64,000 nt of DNA from Octopus sinensis (GCF_006345805.1 NC_043000.1:133548001-133612000); one strand, 5' to 3'; positions 38,538 through 52,015 are shown, counted from the stretch's first letter. Translations and numbers: made by a program. The notes: generated by a model from the letters alone, not told the origin.

Positions 38538-39660
38538 CGAGGGTGGGCTGAAGAGTTCATAGGTCGGCTATGAAGGAGTGATGCTAGAGCTGTGAAATCT
38601 TGCCTGCATTAATTTCAGCTCTTCTCTTTAATAACTGTATTGTTTCTTTCCAGGATAACGGACATCTGATTGTTCACAGAAGACTTCAAAAGTAGCTAGT
38701 CGCGACTTCTCTTCAATATGGTCAAAATATGGCGCCGTGGTGTTACCAAATACCTGCAGAAAAAGGGTTTAGTCCCCAAGGACATTCATGCTTACATGGT
38801 TGCCACGTTAGGGGATGACGCTCCAGCTGTATTAACAACGCAAAAGTGGACAGCTGAACTTAGGGGTGAGGAGATTCTTGAAGTTGGCCCCAAATCTGGA
38901 AGTCCTGCAACTTCCACCACCGAAGAAAACATTGATCGTGTTCACCACATAATGATGGATGACACACGATTGACCATAAATCAAATAGCCAGTATTATTA
39001 GCATATTCTGTAAGAGAGTTGAGAATATTCTGCCCAATGAACTTGGCATAACGAAGGTTTCTGCTTGGTGGGTGCCACGACTTCTAACACCTGATTGAAA
39101 GCGTACTAGGCTGATGTCATTACCGGAAAGTCTGACATTGTTTGAAGCAGATCCTGCTGGTTTCCTTGAATGTTTCCTAAGCCAGAATGAGAGTTGGATT
39201 CATCACTTTGAGCCAGCGACAAAGAGCTAATCCATGCATTGGAAACACCCCTCTTCATCCGCTCCATAGAAGGTCGTTTCATCTGCAAGGAAGGTGATGG
39301 CCTAGTTTTGGGGATGTAAACGGTACTGTCTATTGACTATCTTCAAACGGACCACACCATCAGTGGAGAGCACTATGCCAGCTTGCTGAGGCAGTTACGA
39401 AAGCAAACCAAACGCCAAGGAAAACTGGTGAGAGCAGGTTTGTTTCATCAAGACAATGCTCCAGCACACAAGTCTTTGGTTTCAATGGCTGCTGTGCGTG
39501 ACTGTGGCTTTGAACGGGTTGATCACACTCCCTTTTCTCCTGATTTGGTCCCATCTGACTATTGATGACGTCATATCAGCTGTTAACGATGTTGTTGACG
39601 AACATAACAGCTGTACGTGGAAACGACCATCTTGAACAACATTGTATGTAACTATAGAAG
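38538..39660 (+). mobile_element. Decayed mariner with left TIR, right end deleted
   Basis: TA/CGAGGGTGGGCTGAAGAGTTC; HTH region ..KYLQKKG..IHAYMVATLGDDAP; WVPRLLT; HQDNAPAH; FSPDLVPSDY; frameshifts. Confidence 0.92.
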
Positions 39661-41098
39661 CAAAATAATGCGCCAGGATAGATGATTACACTTCAGGACC
39701 GAATGATTTATTAGTATTATGGAAGAACTCATTAAATAAATATTCTAAATGATATATTTGTTGATGTAGAACAATAGAAACACTGATTATAAATTTGTGT
39801 TAGACGTCTTGCAATTTAATCAGTCAGTATTTCTCTGCCCTCTGCACCAACAAATGTGCGATTTGGTAAACGTCCGTAGCGAGGAAGGCGAATGACTGGC
39901 AGAATCGTTAGAGATGTGTACAAAAGCGTTGCGGTAAATTATTCTGGCCGTTTGCTTTCTGATGTCCAAATCTAATCGTGGTCACATTTTCCTGTTATTT
40001 GAAGGGATCGATAAATAGAATACCACTCAGATAGTGAGTCAGTTTCTCCTCCGCTTCTCTCTCTCTCTCTCTTACAGAATCGGCAAATCTGCGTTATGAG
40101 AGAACCGTGATGGAACCACTCACAGATTATCTTTATTTCGAGAAATGGTGGAGGGGGGGAGGATCAAGCGGTGTGGCTAGGTTAGTAACATTCTATCATC
40201 GAGCACAAAATAACAGAGAAACGTAAGAACAAGTTAGACGTAGACAGACCGATGTGGCGTCCAACTAAAATTGATTAAATTTAAAAGATTTTTTTTAGCA
40301 TATTGCTTGGTTATTATTTCAACAATTAACGATAAAGCTCCGTTATACTTCGCTGAAGTCTCAAAATTAAGTATCTTGAGTTATCTGTCTAACTTATCAA
40401 TGACATGAATAATATTAGTCACCAATTAAACCTTGTGTATAAAATATATTGTAAAGTATTTTGTAAAATATATTGATCGCCATGTTGGACCGCTGAACTC
40501 TACACGTTTTTGTTTTCATTTTCTCTCTGTTTATTTTCTCTTATTCCTTTCTGTTGAAGAGCGTAGGCTCGAAGCGTAAAATACTTTTTTATATTTTTCC
40601 CTAGTGTCAAACTAATACACTTGTTTGCTATTCATACACTTGTCTTTGTCTTTTGTTTGCCTATAAATTTCAACTAGAATATATTGTAGCTGTTTAGTGT
40701 TACTTTCCATGAAATGTTTATCTTCTACAGAAATGTAAAAGTATCTTGTGGCTGGTGTCCAAGCCTCGTTTATGTATTTCGAAGTTTGATTCCCTTGTGG
40801 ATGTTGTTGTCGTTGTTACTATTGTTGTTATTGTTGTTTGAATTCAGCTCAGCTCCGATCAAGCGGACTTGTGAACAATTGTGTTTCAACCGTGACCACT
40901 CCGTCTTTCTATAGACCTTTATGACTACACTATCGGTGTCCAACGAAGTGTAATGATATATTATCTAATATTTTAAAACAAGGGAGTGCTTGCCATTTCT
41001 AGCAGAGTGAATGACCATCTAGAGGCCTCCTTGCTTTTCATAATTCTCCAGTTAGACAAGTTATCTGACTTAGTGTTTTTCACTAGCAATGCTTTTCA

Positions 41099-41138
<40 letters not shown>

Positions 41139-41341
41139 ACTCACTCACTCACTCACTCACTCACAAATACAGTATGACATCTCTGAGTGATGATAACAGG
41201 ATTGATGGAAAGAGGAGTTGGACGTAAATTCTTGTCTTAACCCATCTTAGAGAACACAAACAGTCCTGATTTACTTCTTGTTAAGACATATCCTAAGGTG
41301 TGGGTAACATCGCTCCTATCAAACTTCCCGGCTGCAACACA

Positions 41342-41833
<492 letters not shown>

Positions 41834-43417
41834 ACATTTGTTTATTATAGGTAACGATTTGCACTGGGAATGTGGACGATAGATATAAAGTGTTGGGGAA
41901 ATTAATTTATGATATTAATAACAACTCCAGTACCACCGTTCTTCGTTTGGCACAAGTTGAATTTTCAAATTAAACGGCATTTCGTCTATCTAGTGTCAAT
42001 ACAATAAGTCACTCTATGTATGTTTGTATGAATATACACATATATGTAAATGCACACATTTGTTTTTGCATATATATGTATATTTACATGTGTGTGCATG
42101 TAAGCATGCATTTATATATTAATCTGTTATTAAAGTTAGAGTAATTCAATAGCTCCATTACTTCAAGCTTGTTTATAAAATAAAAACTTTGCTTATAGCA
42201 ATCATTTACAATAACAGAGTAATATACGGGTGTTATATCAATCTTATGAGTTCCATAATTTTTTTTCTATAAATATGAAACTTGAAACCACGAAGCAATA
42301 AGTTAACAACTAATATTTTATACATACGCAAATATTTCTAAACAGTTAATCAGAGCTTTAACTTTGTGACTTAAACACATAGGTCTATAAAGAAAAATGG
42401 AATATTTATCGCAAAGTTACTTTGGGAGAATCAACTAGATGTTTCGATGCTTATTCAACGCATCAGCCGATATTGAACTAAAAGCAATTACTCATTCAGC
42501 CTCACAATATATTGAAATTGTTGACATCCTGAGGGGCTGGTATAAAAATTGGTCATGAATGAACAAAGGAACGAAGTGGTCATTATATATTGCCTAGAAA
42601 CAATATTACTGAGGCGTACTTTCGCAAATGATTTGATCTCAGACCGTGTATTTAGTCTGAAGCGATAACATCATGGAAGAACCATTTAAGCCAATTGAAA
42701 ACATACAAAGTCCGTTGACTAAGCTTTCTATTTCTTGGCGCCAAAATTTCGTCGCACAACTGCGACCTGGCCAAGACACATTTCCACTGACCTAAAAAAA
42801 ATAATTGAAAACTGAATTTTCAATTAAATAACGAAAGAAGTTACATAGTAGCTATACTAACGTGAGCCTAGGCAGTAAAATCTCAGATCATCCAAGCGAG
42901 AGTGCACAACGACTCAACAGGTAGTCGGTGCTATTACGTCTATGTGAATCAAACCAGCGAGAAGAATGGATTATAAATATACCACATAAATATACCACCT
43001 CTTTATGTGGTATATGTGAAATAATTATCAGAAGTTTCCTCGCGGGGCATCTCGATATCTCTATGACTGTTCCACTAAAGACAGTTGCTCATTTGGTCGC
43101 ATGTATGCGTGCCTGTGTGTATGTAAGCTGGATTAAGGCAATATACTATAAATTAAATAATGGGTGTGTCTTGGGAGAGTCATGCCAATAGAATTAAATA
43201 ATGAGTGGCTCAGGAAATATCTCAGAATGATTTAATTCATCAAAATAAAGTTTAAGATGAATGTAAAACTATTAATGGACACAGAAGGAAAGAAGAAATC
43301 TAACTTGATTTGAAAACTGCTGTTCAGAAAGGGAAGGGGAGAGAGAGAGAGATGACAAGAGAATATGACGTCATAATATAGAAATCTTCTTATTTTGCAT
43401 TTATCCTTATTATAATG

Positions 43418-44135
43418 GTATTTCTTTATTATGATTATATAATCACACATAGAAGGACAAATACAGGACATACATACAAAAAAAACATTTAAGAGATTCG
43501 TTTTAAAAATTTTCGTTTACATTTGAATTATTCGTTTATAAAAATGAAAATAAATGTCTTTTATATGACCTAGTAGAACAAACCACAATACATAACTGGA
43601 GCTTCTGCACCCCGGCAATTTATGAGGCCCTGCAGCTTCCACTTCCTCTCTCTCCTCCATGGTCAAGCTGGGTTTCTGACACCCACCTTTCTTTCCACTT
43701 CCTTCCATCTTTTCTCATACACACGCCGTGGTAAGATCCTCTTTTCCAGCCCCATTTTGCTCTTCAGATGATATCTGAAGTAAGTGAGCAAGCCGGGGCC
43801 GGAGACAAAGGATCCTGTCGCGGCTCCTTCCATTCTCGTTCTCCACATGCATTCTTTTACTACTGCAACCGTGCAGTGAAAACATGCCTCACCTTCCTTC
43901 GAGAGTCCAGTTGGCGGTATCATCTTAATCATAGACTCAGCCGACAGCTGTACTCGTCCCAGATGCGTTAACACGTGTTCTGCGTAACTTATCAAGTCGG
44001 ACAACTTCCGACAGTGAACAAAAGCGTGCTGGACGGTTTCATCGTCCAACTCGCACCTTGGACACGTCGGTGGCACTGGAACTCCGTGCCGCGATAACTT
44101 CTCGCGAACAGGTAAAGCATTCCTATAACACTGCC
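43418..44135 (-). mobile_element. 5'-truncated Tx1/L1-clade LINE: C-terminal zinc knuckle plus 3' UTR
   Basis: QCYRNALPVREKLSRHGVPVPPTCPRCELDDETVQHAFVHC (zf-RVT-type CCHC); frame open to the stop at 43663; 3' end ...aataaagaaatac. Confidence 0.85.
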
Positions 44136-44638
44136 TGATTCTTTAGTGGGAAGAGAAAGTGACAAGAAAGAATATGACGTCATAAAAGATATAGAAATCT
44201 CTTTGCATTTATTCTTTTTGTAAGGCTGTATGCTTTATCTTTTTATAGTGAGAGAGAGTATGAGGGAAAGAGTGTTTGGATATGTATGCTGTGTTGTGAG
44301 TAATCTAGGCTGTTAAGGATGGATAATATTGACATGACGTGAGTACTCCAACTAGTGAGTAATTTCACTTATTACCGGATCCTTACTGTTGGGTTGGGAA
44401 CTTCGGATCTAATAGTCCGTGTTAGTCCATGACACAGATCCCCAAATCATTTAAACTGCCCCAAGTAATTGAATGACGCTTTATTTTATTGGTACTGGAA
44501 AGGTAAATAGCAAAGGTATTTTAACTAAGAACATAATCAAACGAAGCAACTAAAGCATGGAACTAACTTTTCTGCTTATCCAACGTACTATACTACATTC
44601 AGAAACAAAAACATTTACGATATATTTATACAATAGGA

Positions 44639-44939
44639 GTGGAGCACATGGCCTAGTGGTTAGAGCAGCGAACTTGCGGTCGAGGGATCGCGGGTTCGAA
44701 TCTCAGACCGAGCGATGTGTGTGTATATGAGCGAAACACCGAAGCTCCACGCGGCTCCGGCAGAAGGTAATGGCAAACTTCTGCTGACTCTTTCGCCACA
44801 ACTTTCTCTCACCCTTTCCTTCTGCATCTTGCAGCTCACCTGCGACGAACCGGGGTCCCGTCCAGGTGGGGAACCTATACGCCAAGGAAACCGGGAAACC
44901 GGCCCTAATGAGCCAGGCGTGGCTTGAGAAGGAACAAAC
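44639..44939 (+). mobile_element. Family C SINE
   Basis: A and B boxes; 12-bp TSD tatacaatagga at 44627-44638 and 44940-44951. Confidence 0.95.
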
Positions 44940-45479
44940 TATACAATAGGAAATTCAAATTACCATACATACGCTCACTATGTCGGTACATATCTGACGT
45001 TCATAGAGATGATGTTGCTTATACAAAGAAGTAATGAGTTAAAATATAGAATGTAGTAGCATTTTTATAGCTTAATTCCACTGTACAACTGCATTTTTCT
45101 GTATGCCTTGGGTATGTACAATTTTTATCGCTATCGAATTGAAATTATTGTACACAAGTGCTCCATACCTATTAAGTACTACTTGATGAATGTTGCGTAT
45201 ATATGTGTAAGACCTTAGGTTTCAGTTATATATTTGCTTTCATCTTTATCAATCATTCCAAAGGCACCTATTATTATAGAAATTGCTTGTTTTCATTCCC
45301 CATATTGTCGATCTTTCTTTTTCGAAATCATTACATTTGGTTAGTTTTTCCATTTTATTTTTTTTTTAGAAATGGATAAAAAAAAAAAATTCCAAATAGT
45401 TTCATCTGTTAGAATAAATATAGTCTGTTTTCTGTTGAAATTAATAAATCGATTAAATGAGATTCCTTTTCCTATTTAT

Positions 45480-45960
45480 CTTTGACAAAATATTATCTGG
45501 TCGATTTGCCTAAAATGTCTCCGTCTATGTTATTTTGGTATATCTCATGTTTGCACGCTTTCTCGCTTTCTATGGTTGCTTCAAAATGCTGGTATAATTT
45601 CCAGTGTATGACAGGTCCAACCCTGCTATACTTTTTACTATAATTGCATGAGAGCGCTTGGGTCTTTGTATCCTGACCAAATAGCCTTCTAGCTGAATGA
45701 CATCTCTTTAATCACTTCTGCTTTGTTCAGTTTTGTTAGGTATTGGCCGTGTAAGGATCTATTGCCATTCAGTATCCAAATTATTAACTTAAATGAACTG
45801 GTCTGTGTCCAACACAGACAGATTCAGTGAACAAGAGATAAGGAAGCTGAAGTAGTGTATTGTAGTTGCATCCATGTTTTCTTCTGTCGAATCTTGTTGG
45901 TTCGCTTAGCATCTCATTATATCGTAACGCATTAGTGGAACAGCTACAGTATTCGTACAT
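45480..45960 (-). mobile_element. Highly decayed R4/Dong-like non-LTR remnant
   Basis: Minus-strand fragments SLHGQYLTKLNKAEV, LEGYLVRIQ and RVGPVIHWKLYQHF resemble recalled R4/Dong LHG.Y, ETEG.L.A.QDQ and HD.V...IHW.LC motifs. Confidence 0.5.
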
Positions 45961-46002
45961 TACACTTTTATTTGTTACTCAGTTTTAAATATTGAGCTAA
46001 TG

Positions 46003-46406
46003 TTTACTCTTTTACTTGTTTCAGTCATTTGACTGCGGCCATGCTGGAGCACCGCCTTTAATCGAGCAACTCGACCCCGGCACTTATTCTTTGTAAGCCC
46101 AGTACTTATTCTATCGGTCTCTTTTGCCGAACTGCTAAGGAACGGGGACATAAACACACCAGCATCGGTTGTCAAGCAATGCTAGGGGGACAAACACAGA
46201 TACACAAACACACACACACATATATATATATATACATATATACGACGGGCTTCTTTCAGTTTCCGCCTACCAAATCCCCTCACAAGGTTTTGGTCGGCCC
46301 GAGGCTATAGTAGAAAACACTTGCCCAAGGTGCCACGCAGTGGGACTAAATCCGGAACCATGTGGTTGGTAAACAAGCTACTTACCACACAGCCACTCCT
46401 GCGCCT
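46003..46406 (-). mobile_element. Family A SINE, full length
   Basis: Head and tail as in the other copies; TSD about ctaatgttt. Confidence 0.93.
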
Positions 46407-46656
46407 AATGTTTGTATAGAATTCAGTTCTAATCTTCTCTTTTATTTATGTGCGTTGTATATATTTCTATTAATTAATATCCTAGGTCTTTGTAAGTTTG
46501 TGTTCAGTCTAATTCTAAAATTCTCATCCTGTTTCTTTATTGATTGCGACTTTAGAAGGGTTAATTTCCACTTTTCAAGTACACTTACTCAACACCACCG
46601 AAACCATTCAGTAACTTTAAATATATTTGGTGATTAACTTTCTTTTTACTTTATAT

Positions 46657-47045
46657 GTAGCACGAGCAAAACGCCCCCACTCCGTCCAATGGACGGTGCT
46701 GAGTTGTCAAGCATTTAAAACACATTTTCTCAAAACAATTTGTCCGACCGTCCCATAGACCTCCCCTTTGAGAAACACTGATTTAACCTAAATTTGAGAC
46801 ACCAGCAAAAGAAGAAATAATGATAGACTTTTTTCTATTCCAAGAAAAACGATTTTACAAATGCACGTTCCCATTCGATCGCATTCTCACCTGCAATCGA
46901 TTTTTGTGATTTTTTCAAGACTTATACACGCCCTGATACCGTCGGTATCTACATATCAAATTTGAGCACAATCGGATGGAGAATGCCTGAGATCCTAGAA
47001 GACACACACACACACAGACAGACAGAACGGATTTTATATAATAGA
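46657..47045 (-). mobile_element. Non-autonomous Helitron-like element
   Basis: 5' A/TCtattatataaaa followed by (GTCT)(GT)n; subterminal hairpin ccgtcca-a-tggacgg; terminal CTAG degraded. Confidence 0.6.
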
Positions 47046-47815
47046 TATTACTAAATATACAGGCGCTTCATTGTAGCTTTATTTTCTGAATTTCTCAAGT
47101 AGCAGTTCTCCGACACTACCCCTTATCTGCTTCACAGATTCCTACAAATTGATTATAAATAATTGATAGCATTTTTATGTCCATATTCCAGATTCTTTCT
47201 ATCTTACTCGCCACGGAAAATATATCAACCTTCTTTACATAGACGTTATTCTTATTTAGGTAAATCACATGAATTAGAGTACAAAATCCTGGATAATGAT
47301 GTCTAGTTGGTTCGCTCTTGTACTTCTGTCTGTATGTGTCTGCATATCCCAGAGAATCGCATCGTTTTCATTTTCCATATCAGAACGTGTGTTTGCCCTT
47401 AAACATATTATTTTTTAGATTGTACATGAATTTATATATATATATTCTCTTAATTATTTGCGCAAATAAAATAAATGAATATTTCTTCAATATTTCAGTG
47501 TCACCTTTCCTTGTCCTGTACATGTTACTCTATCCATTTTCGTACTTGCATAATTATGTCGGTTCCATTTTTCTGTTGTATTTTATATTGCTAGAGAATT
47601 TACCAGTAAAGATATCCAGCTGCTCATGTTTTGTTTGTACATATCATGTCTTATACAGAACTGGTCAGGATGTAAGAGAGGCTCCTATTTATTTAATTCT
47701 CCATATATTTGACATTTAGCTACCGTTTACATTATATTAAGATGATAGTTTGGTAATATAGAATATGGACTAATTAGTCCTATGTTATATCAATCGTACA
47801 TATTTTTATATCTAA

Positions 47816-48328
47816 CTAGCAGTATTGCCCTGCGTTGCTCGGGTTTGTAAGGGAAATAACTATATAAGCATTTTTAGAGAGTTACTTCCCTTATAGATGC
47901 CAATTGGGGCTTTCTTAGCCATTTCTGTTTTGGTGTCTTCAAGCCATGAAGTCGTTGTTCTAAAAGAACGCTGGTCTCCTTGACAACGCTTTACGACGTT
48001 GATTTCCTTACACTCCCTTCCCCACAGCTTCACGAGGGAGGGAAGAAGGGAGAGAAGCAAACAGGTGCAGGTGTGACCATGGACGCCAACTCCGCCGCCA
48101 TCGACACACGAAAAATTATGCATTAAAATGGAATGAAAAATGATGTTAAATTATTTTTAAAATCGTAGACTCATCGTAGACGCGCGCTAATACTCAGACG
48201 GGCTCGATATGAATCACGTCTATAAGATACCCGAATTTGGTTAAACTGCACCGCAAAATGTGGGAGTAGTTAGGAATCTAAATCGAAGGGGACAGACACT
48301 CACACAACTACAGTTTTATATATATAGA
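47816..48328 (-). mobile_element. Non-autonomous Helitron
   Basis: Canonical A/TC 5' end at 48328; 3' hairpin cccgagcaacgcaggg followed by CTAG/T at 47816; no TSD. Confidence 0.8.
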
Positions 48329-49446
48329 TGACCAACTAATAACAGCTGATGGATATGTCGCTGTCATGTTGTTTAGACCTGGTCATTTCTGATCGAGTAC
48401 ACCTATAATCAAACGTCTTTAAGCGAATTTAATACCGTCTTCTTTTTCCAGTTTGTGTATCAAGGACAATATTCTGCATAGTTTTTTTTTTCTTTTAAGC
48501 AGTAGGTTGTTGCAATTTTAGGATTGCCATGGAATTGCCTATCCATTCGTTTCTCACTGCTTGATGATATTTTTTCTTTCGCTCTATTTTCCTCTACTTT
48601 TCTATTGATTTATCCATTCCTATGGGTTTTTTTCCACGTCCATAATATAATATTTCAGTCTTAAATCTTACTACTTTTTTTGTAAATGGAATATAGTTAT
48701 TTTGTCTTTTTTTTATGACTAATGTAACATATGCAACATTTTTCTTTGTTGTCTGTGAATAACATGGAATCCAATTATTGCAGTTTTGTAATTAGATTCT
48801 ACTCATAGCAATTTACTATCTTTTTATATAAAGCTGGTGGATATCTGCCAATTAAATGGTATATTTTGTATATCACGAAGTCTTTCTTAGTACTGGTAAC
48901 CAATTATAAGGGTTCTAGCTTAAGCTTATGATGTTAAAGCTGTATAACAGTAAATATATTGCAATGGAAATCATTACCTCTTACAGTTTTTTAATGACTT
49001 AGTCTAGAGGAAAGAAAATGTTCATGATATTCTCAGGCTTTCCGAATCTGTGACTGATATGGTTGATGTTTAGTTTCAACGATTCTAAATCGATATCTGC
49101 AAGAGAAAAGCTGGATGGTAACGGAATTGTGTGTTGAGGTTCTAGAACAAACATAAACAAGGGCGAGGTTGACAAATACAGTAAAGAGGACTAGCACAGA
49201 TGGACAGGTAGTGTTAAACCGAGCTGCTTGATATGCCTAAAACTTCTACGGAAACATCATCAAACTGCACTCACAAATAGACACCACAAAATATATACTA
49301 TTAAACGTTTTCAGAAAGTGATGTAGTTGTTCAGTGACACTACTTCAGTGTCAAACATTCAGATAATAATTTACTGTTTTTGATGTCTTCCGATTTCTGT
49401 CCGTTATGCTCTAGATGCATTAACTAGAGCTATAAAACGGAAAACA

Positions 49447-49619
49447 ATGAGGACGAATATAGCGAAGACTTCCAACAGGATATTGTAAACAGGTGAAGGA
49501 AACATGTTAAGGCAGTAACACTTACTGCATTAACATGTTTCCTTCACCTGTTTACAATATCCTGTTTACAACACCGTTTACAATATCCTGTTTGAAGTCT
49601 TCGCTATATTCGTCCTCAT
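49447..49619. repeat. 173-bp inverted repeat (72-bp arms, 3-nt loop)
   Basis: Left arm 49447-49518, loop cac; right arm has 2 mismatches and a 26-nt duplication insert at 49567-49592. Confidence 0.95.
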
Positions 49620-49620
49620 A

Positions 49621-50095
49621 GTGGAGGTGCGTGGCTAAGTGGTTAGGGTGTTGGACTCATGATCATAAGACTGTGGTTTCGATTCTATTTCTTTACTACC
49701 CACAAGGGGCTAAACATAGAGGGGACAAACGGATTAAATCGATTATATCGACCCCAGTGCGTAACTGGTACTTAATTTATCGACCCCGAAAGGATGAAAG
49801 GCAAAGTCGACCTCGGCGGAATTTGAACTCAGAACGTAACGGTAGACGAAATACGGCTACGCATTTCGCCCGGCGTGCTAACGTTTCTGCCAGCTCGCCG
49901 CCTTGGTTTCGATTCCTGGACCAGGCAACGCATTGTGTTCTTGAGCAAAATGCTTCATTTCTCATTGCTCCAGTCCACTCAGCTGGCAAAAATGAGTAAG
50001 CCTGCAACGGACCGGCATCACGTCCAGGTGGGGTTTACATATACACCATGAAATTGGGAAACCGGCCCTTGTGAGTCGGCATAACCCGAGAAGGT
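49621..50095 (+). mobile_element. Family C SINE interrupted at its B box by a young family B SINE
   Basis: A box tggctaagtgg; resumes after the insert with ggtttcgattcc, then CORE-like, V-like and tail blocks. Confidence 0.88.
49686..49903 (-). mobile_element. Young monomeric family B SINE
   Basis: 12-bp TSD tggtttcgattc at 49674-49685 and 49904-49915. Confidence 0.95.
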
Positions 50096-50543
50096 AACTT
50101 TACCTTTTGTGACACTTAATGCCAGCAAACTTCACTGAAGCAGTCTATAAATAGATTCAAGAGAGGTTTTAAAAAATCAACTACCTTGTTCTTCAAAGTA
50201 ATACGAACAGATTTTAGATTTGAGTTGGTTTGTCCAATTTCCGTATTGAATTTTCCATTGTTTCGTTGTATTAAGATGTATGGTGTAATTGCAACTGTGT
50301 AGTGATCTGTATGACATTTTGGTCTTAAATTTTAGATCTTAGTCAAGAGAATTATTGTAGACAAGTTCCTGTGTTTTAGAAGCTGAGAAAAGCACATAAT
50401 TGCTGCTCATTAGTGTTTGTGTAAACATTATTGTGATTAAACACACACACACGCAAACAAGCACTCGCAAATGAGCACACGCACACGCAAACGAGCACAC
50501 GCACACGCAAACACGCACGCACGCACGCACACACATGTATGTA

Positions 50544-51065
50544 CATGGCATGATCAATAAGTATCCGGACAGCTCAGAGGCCTACACACATTTTTGAAAA
50601 GGTTTCATCGTTTTTGACACGATCAAGGAGATTTTGTGCAACTGAAACCCGAGTATCTTTTTGGTAAGTTGAAAGTAGTTTTGGTACAAACTTGGCAGAC
50701 ACGCATCTCGTACCCAAATCTTTATTGATAATGGACTGAACTGAACCGTAACTAGTTTACACATCTGATAAATCGCGGATGGTGATTCGACGATTTTCCC
50801 TTACAGCCTCACGCACATCTGCGATGTTTTCTCAGCTCTGCTGGCTGCAGGTCTTCCAGAACGTCAGTCACTATCGACATTTTTCGTCCATCTTGGAAAC
50901 GTCTGAACCGCTCGTACACTTGTGTGTGGCTCGTATACTCCTCTCCATACACTTTCTGCAACTTTGCGTAGGCCTCTGAGCAGGTATCGCCATGACAACT
51001 TTCCTTGTCATGGTCAATGCAACGATCACACGTTACTTCGAAACACCGCTGTAAACAGCTGAAGT
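50544..51065 (-). mobile_element. Internally deleted mariner remnant
   Basis: TIR-like TA/CATGGCATGATCAATAAGTATCCGGAC; HTH-like SEAYAKLQKVYGEEYTSHTQVYERFRRFQDGR. Confidence 0.8.
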
Positions 51066-51084
51066 TAGAACTTAGTGCACATGC

Positions 51085-51180
51085 ACCATGCATGCATGCA
51101 TGTATGTATGTATGTATGCATGCATGCATGCATACATGCATGCATTCATTCATTCATTCATTCATTCATTCTCATGCATA
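51085..51180. repeat. (ATGC)n-(ATGT)n-(ATTC)n compound microsatellite
   Basis: Direct reading. Confidence 0.9.
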
Positions 51181-52015
51181 TAGTTACATATCTAGACATG
51201 CTCATATACGTTTAAATGATAAACTTCTGGAAAGTTTTAGAGATTTTTGCAGTTCCAGTGATGGATTGGATCTGTAGTCTCCGAATTAGCTTTCTCCTTT
51301 CTAGTTTTGAGAAGCCTAATTTCTGAAGATTGATATTTAGGCAGAATGTATGTATTTTATGTATGTTATGTATGTATGTATGTATGTATGTTTATTGGGA
51401 GTGTTAAATGAGTTTGTTTGATAATTGTTTGTTGCAGAAATTGTCTTGAACTTTGTGATAGCACAAATGCTAAACTTAGGAGCATTTTTGTTGTTGCTCA
51501 TTTTCAAGTGAATAAGAACTATCCTTTACACATTCAATAAAAGATGTGTAGAAGTCAGTATATGTCTACTCACAGGGAAAAAAATCCGTTTATTCAGTTT
51601 CGGTTATTACGTACGTAAAAATTGCATCTAGTTATTTGAAGTTCCAAATGGTTGTGTACGAATTTGTTTATAGATTGTATTTCTATTCCTTTCTCTTGCT
51701 TATTCGACAGCACCAGAGAAAATATATTTGATCATCGCTGATCATTTCACTGCTTACGTACTATTTTCACTAAACAATTTACGCCATGTAAATTGTTTAC
51801 GTTTTCCTTCTTTCAAATAATCTGATTCATTGAGTTCTGCTGGTAATTAGTAGTTTTGGATGTCTCCTTCGATTCTCTGATATTTCTGCATTTTTAGTAA
51901 TTTAACGTTTCGTGCATATCTTTCCCCCCCCCCCGGTTATTTATTTGTCTGTGATGGATTCGCATTTTTTTTTGTTACTATTGATAAACTCTTTCTGTTT
52001 GAGTTAATCAGTTTC

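Noticed and set aside
48400-49150. Further possible R4/Dong-like relics (also about 51780-52000)
   Set aside because: Only faint motif echoes; cannot be supported by eye
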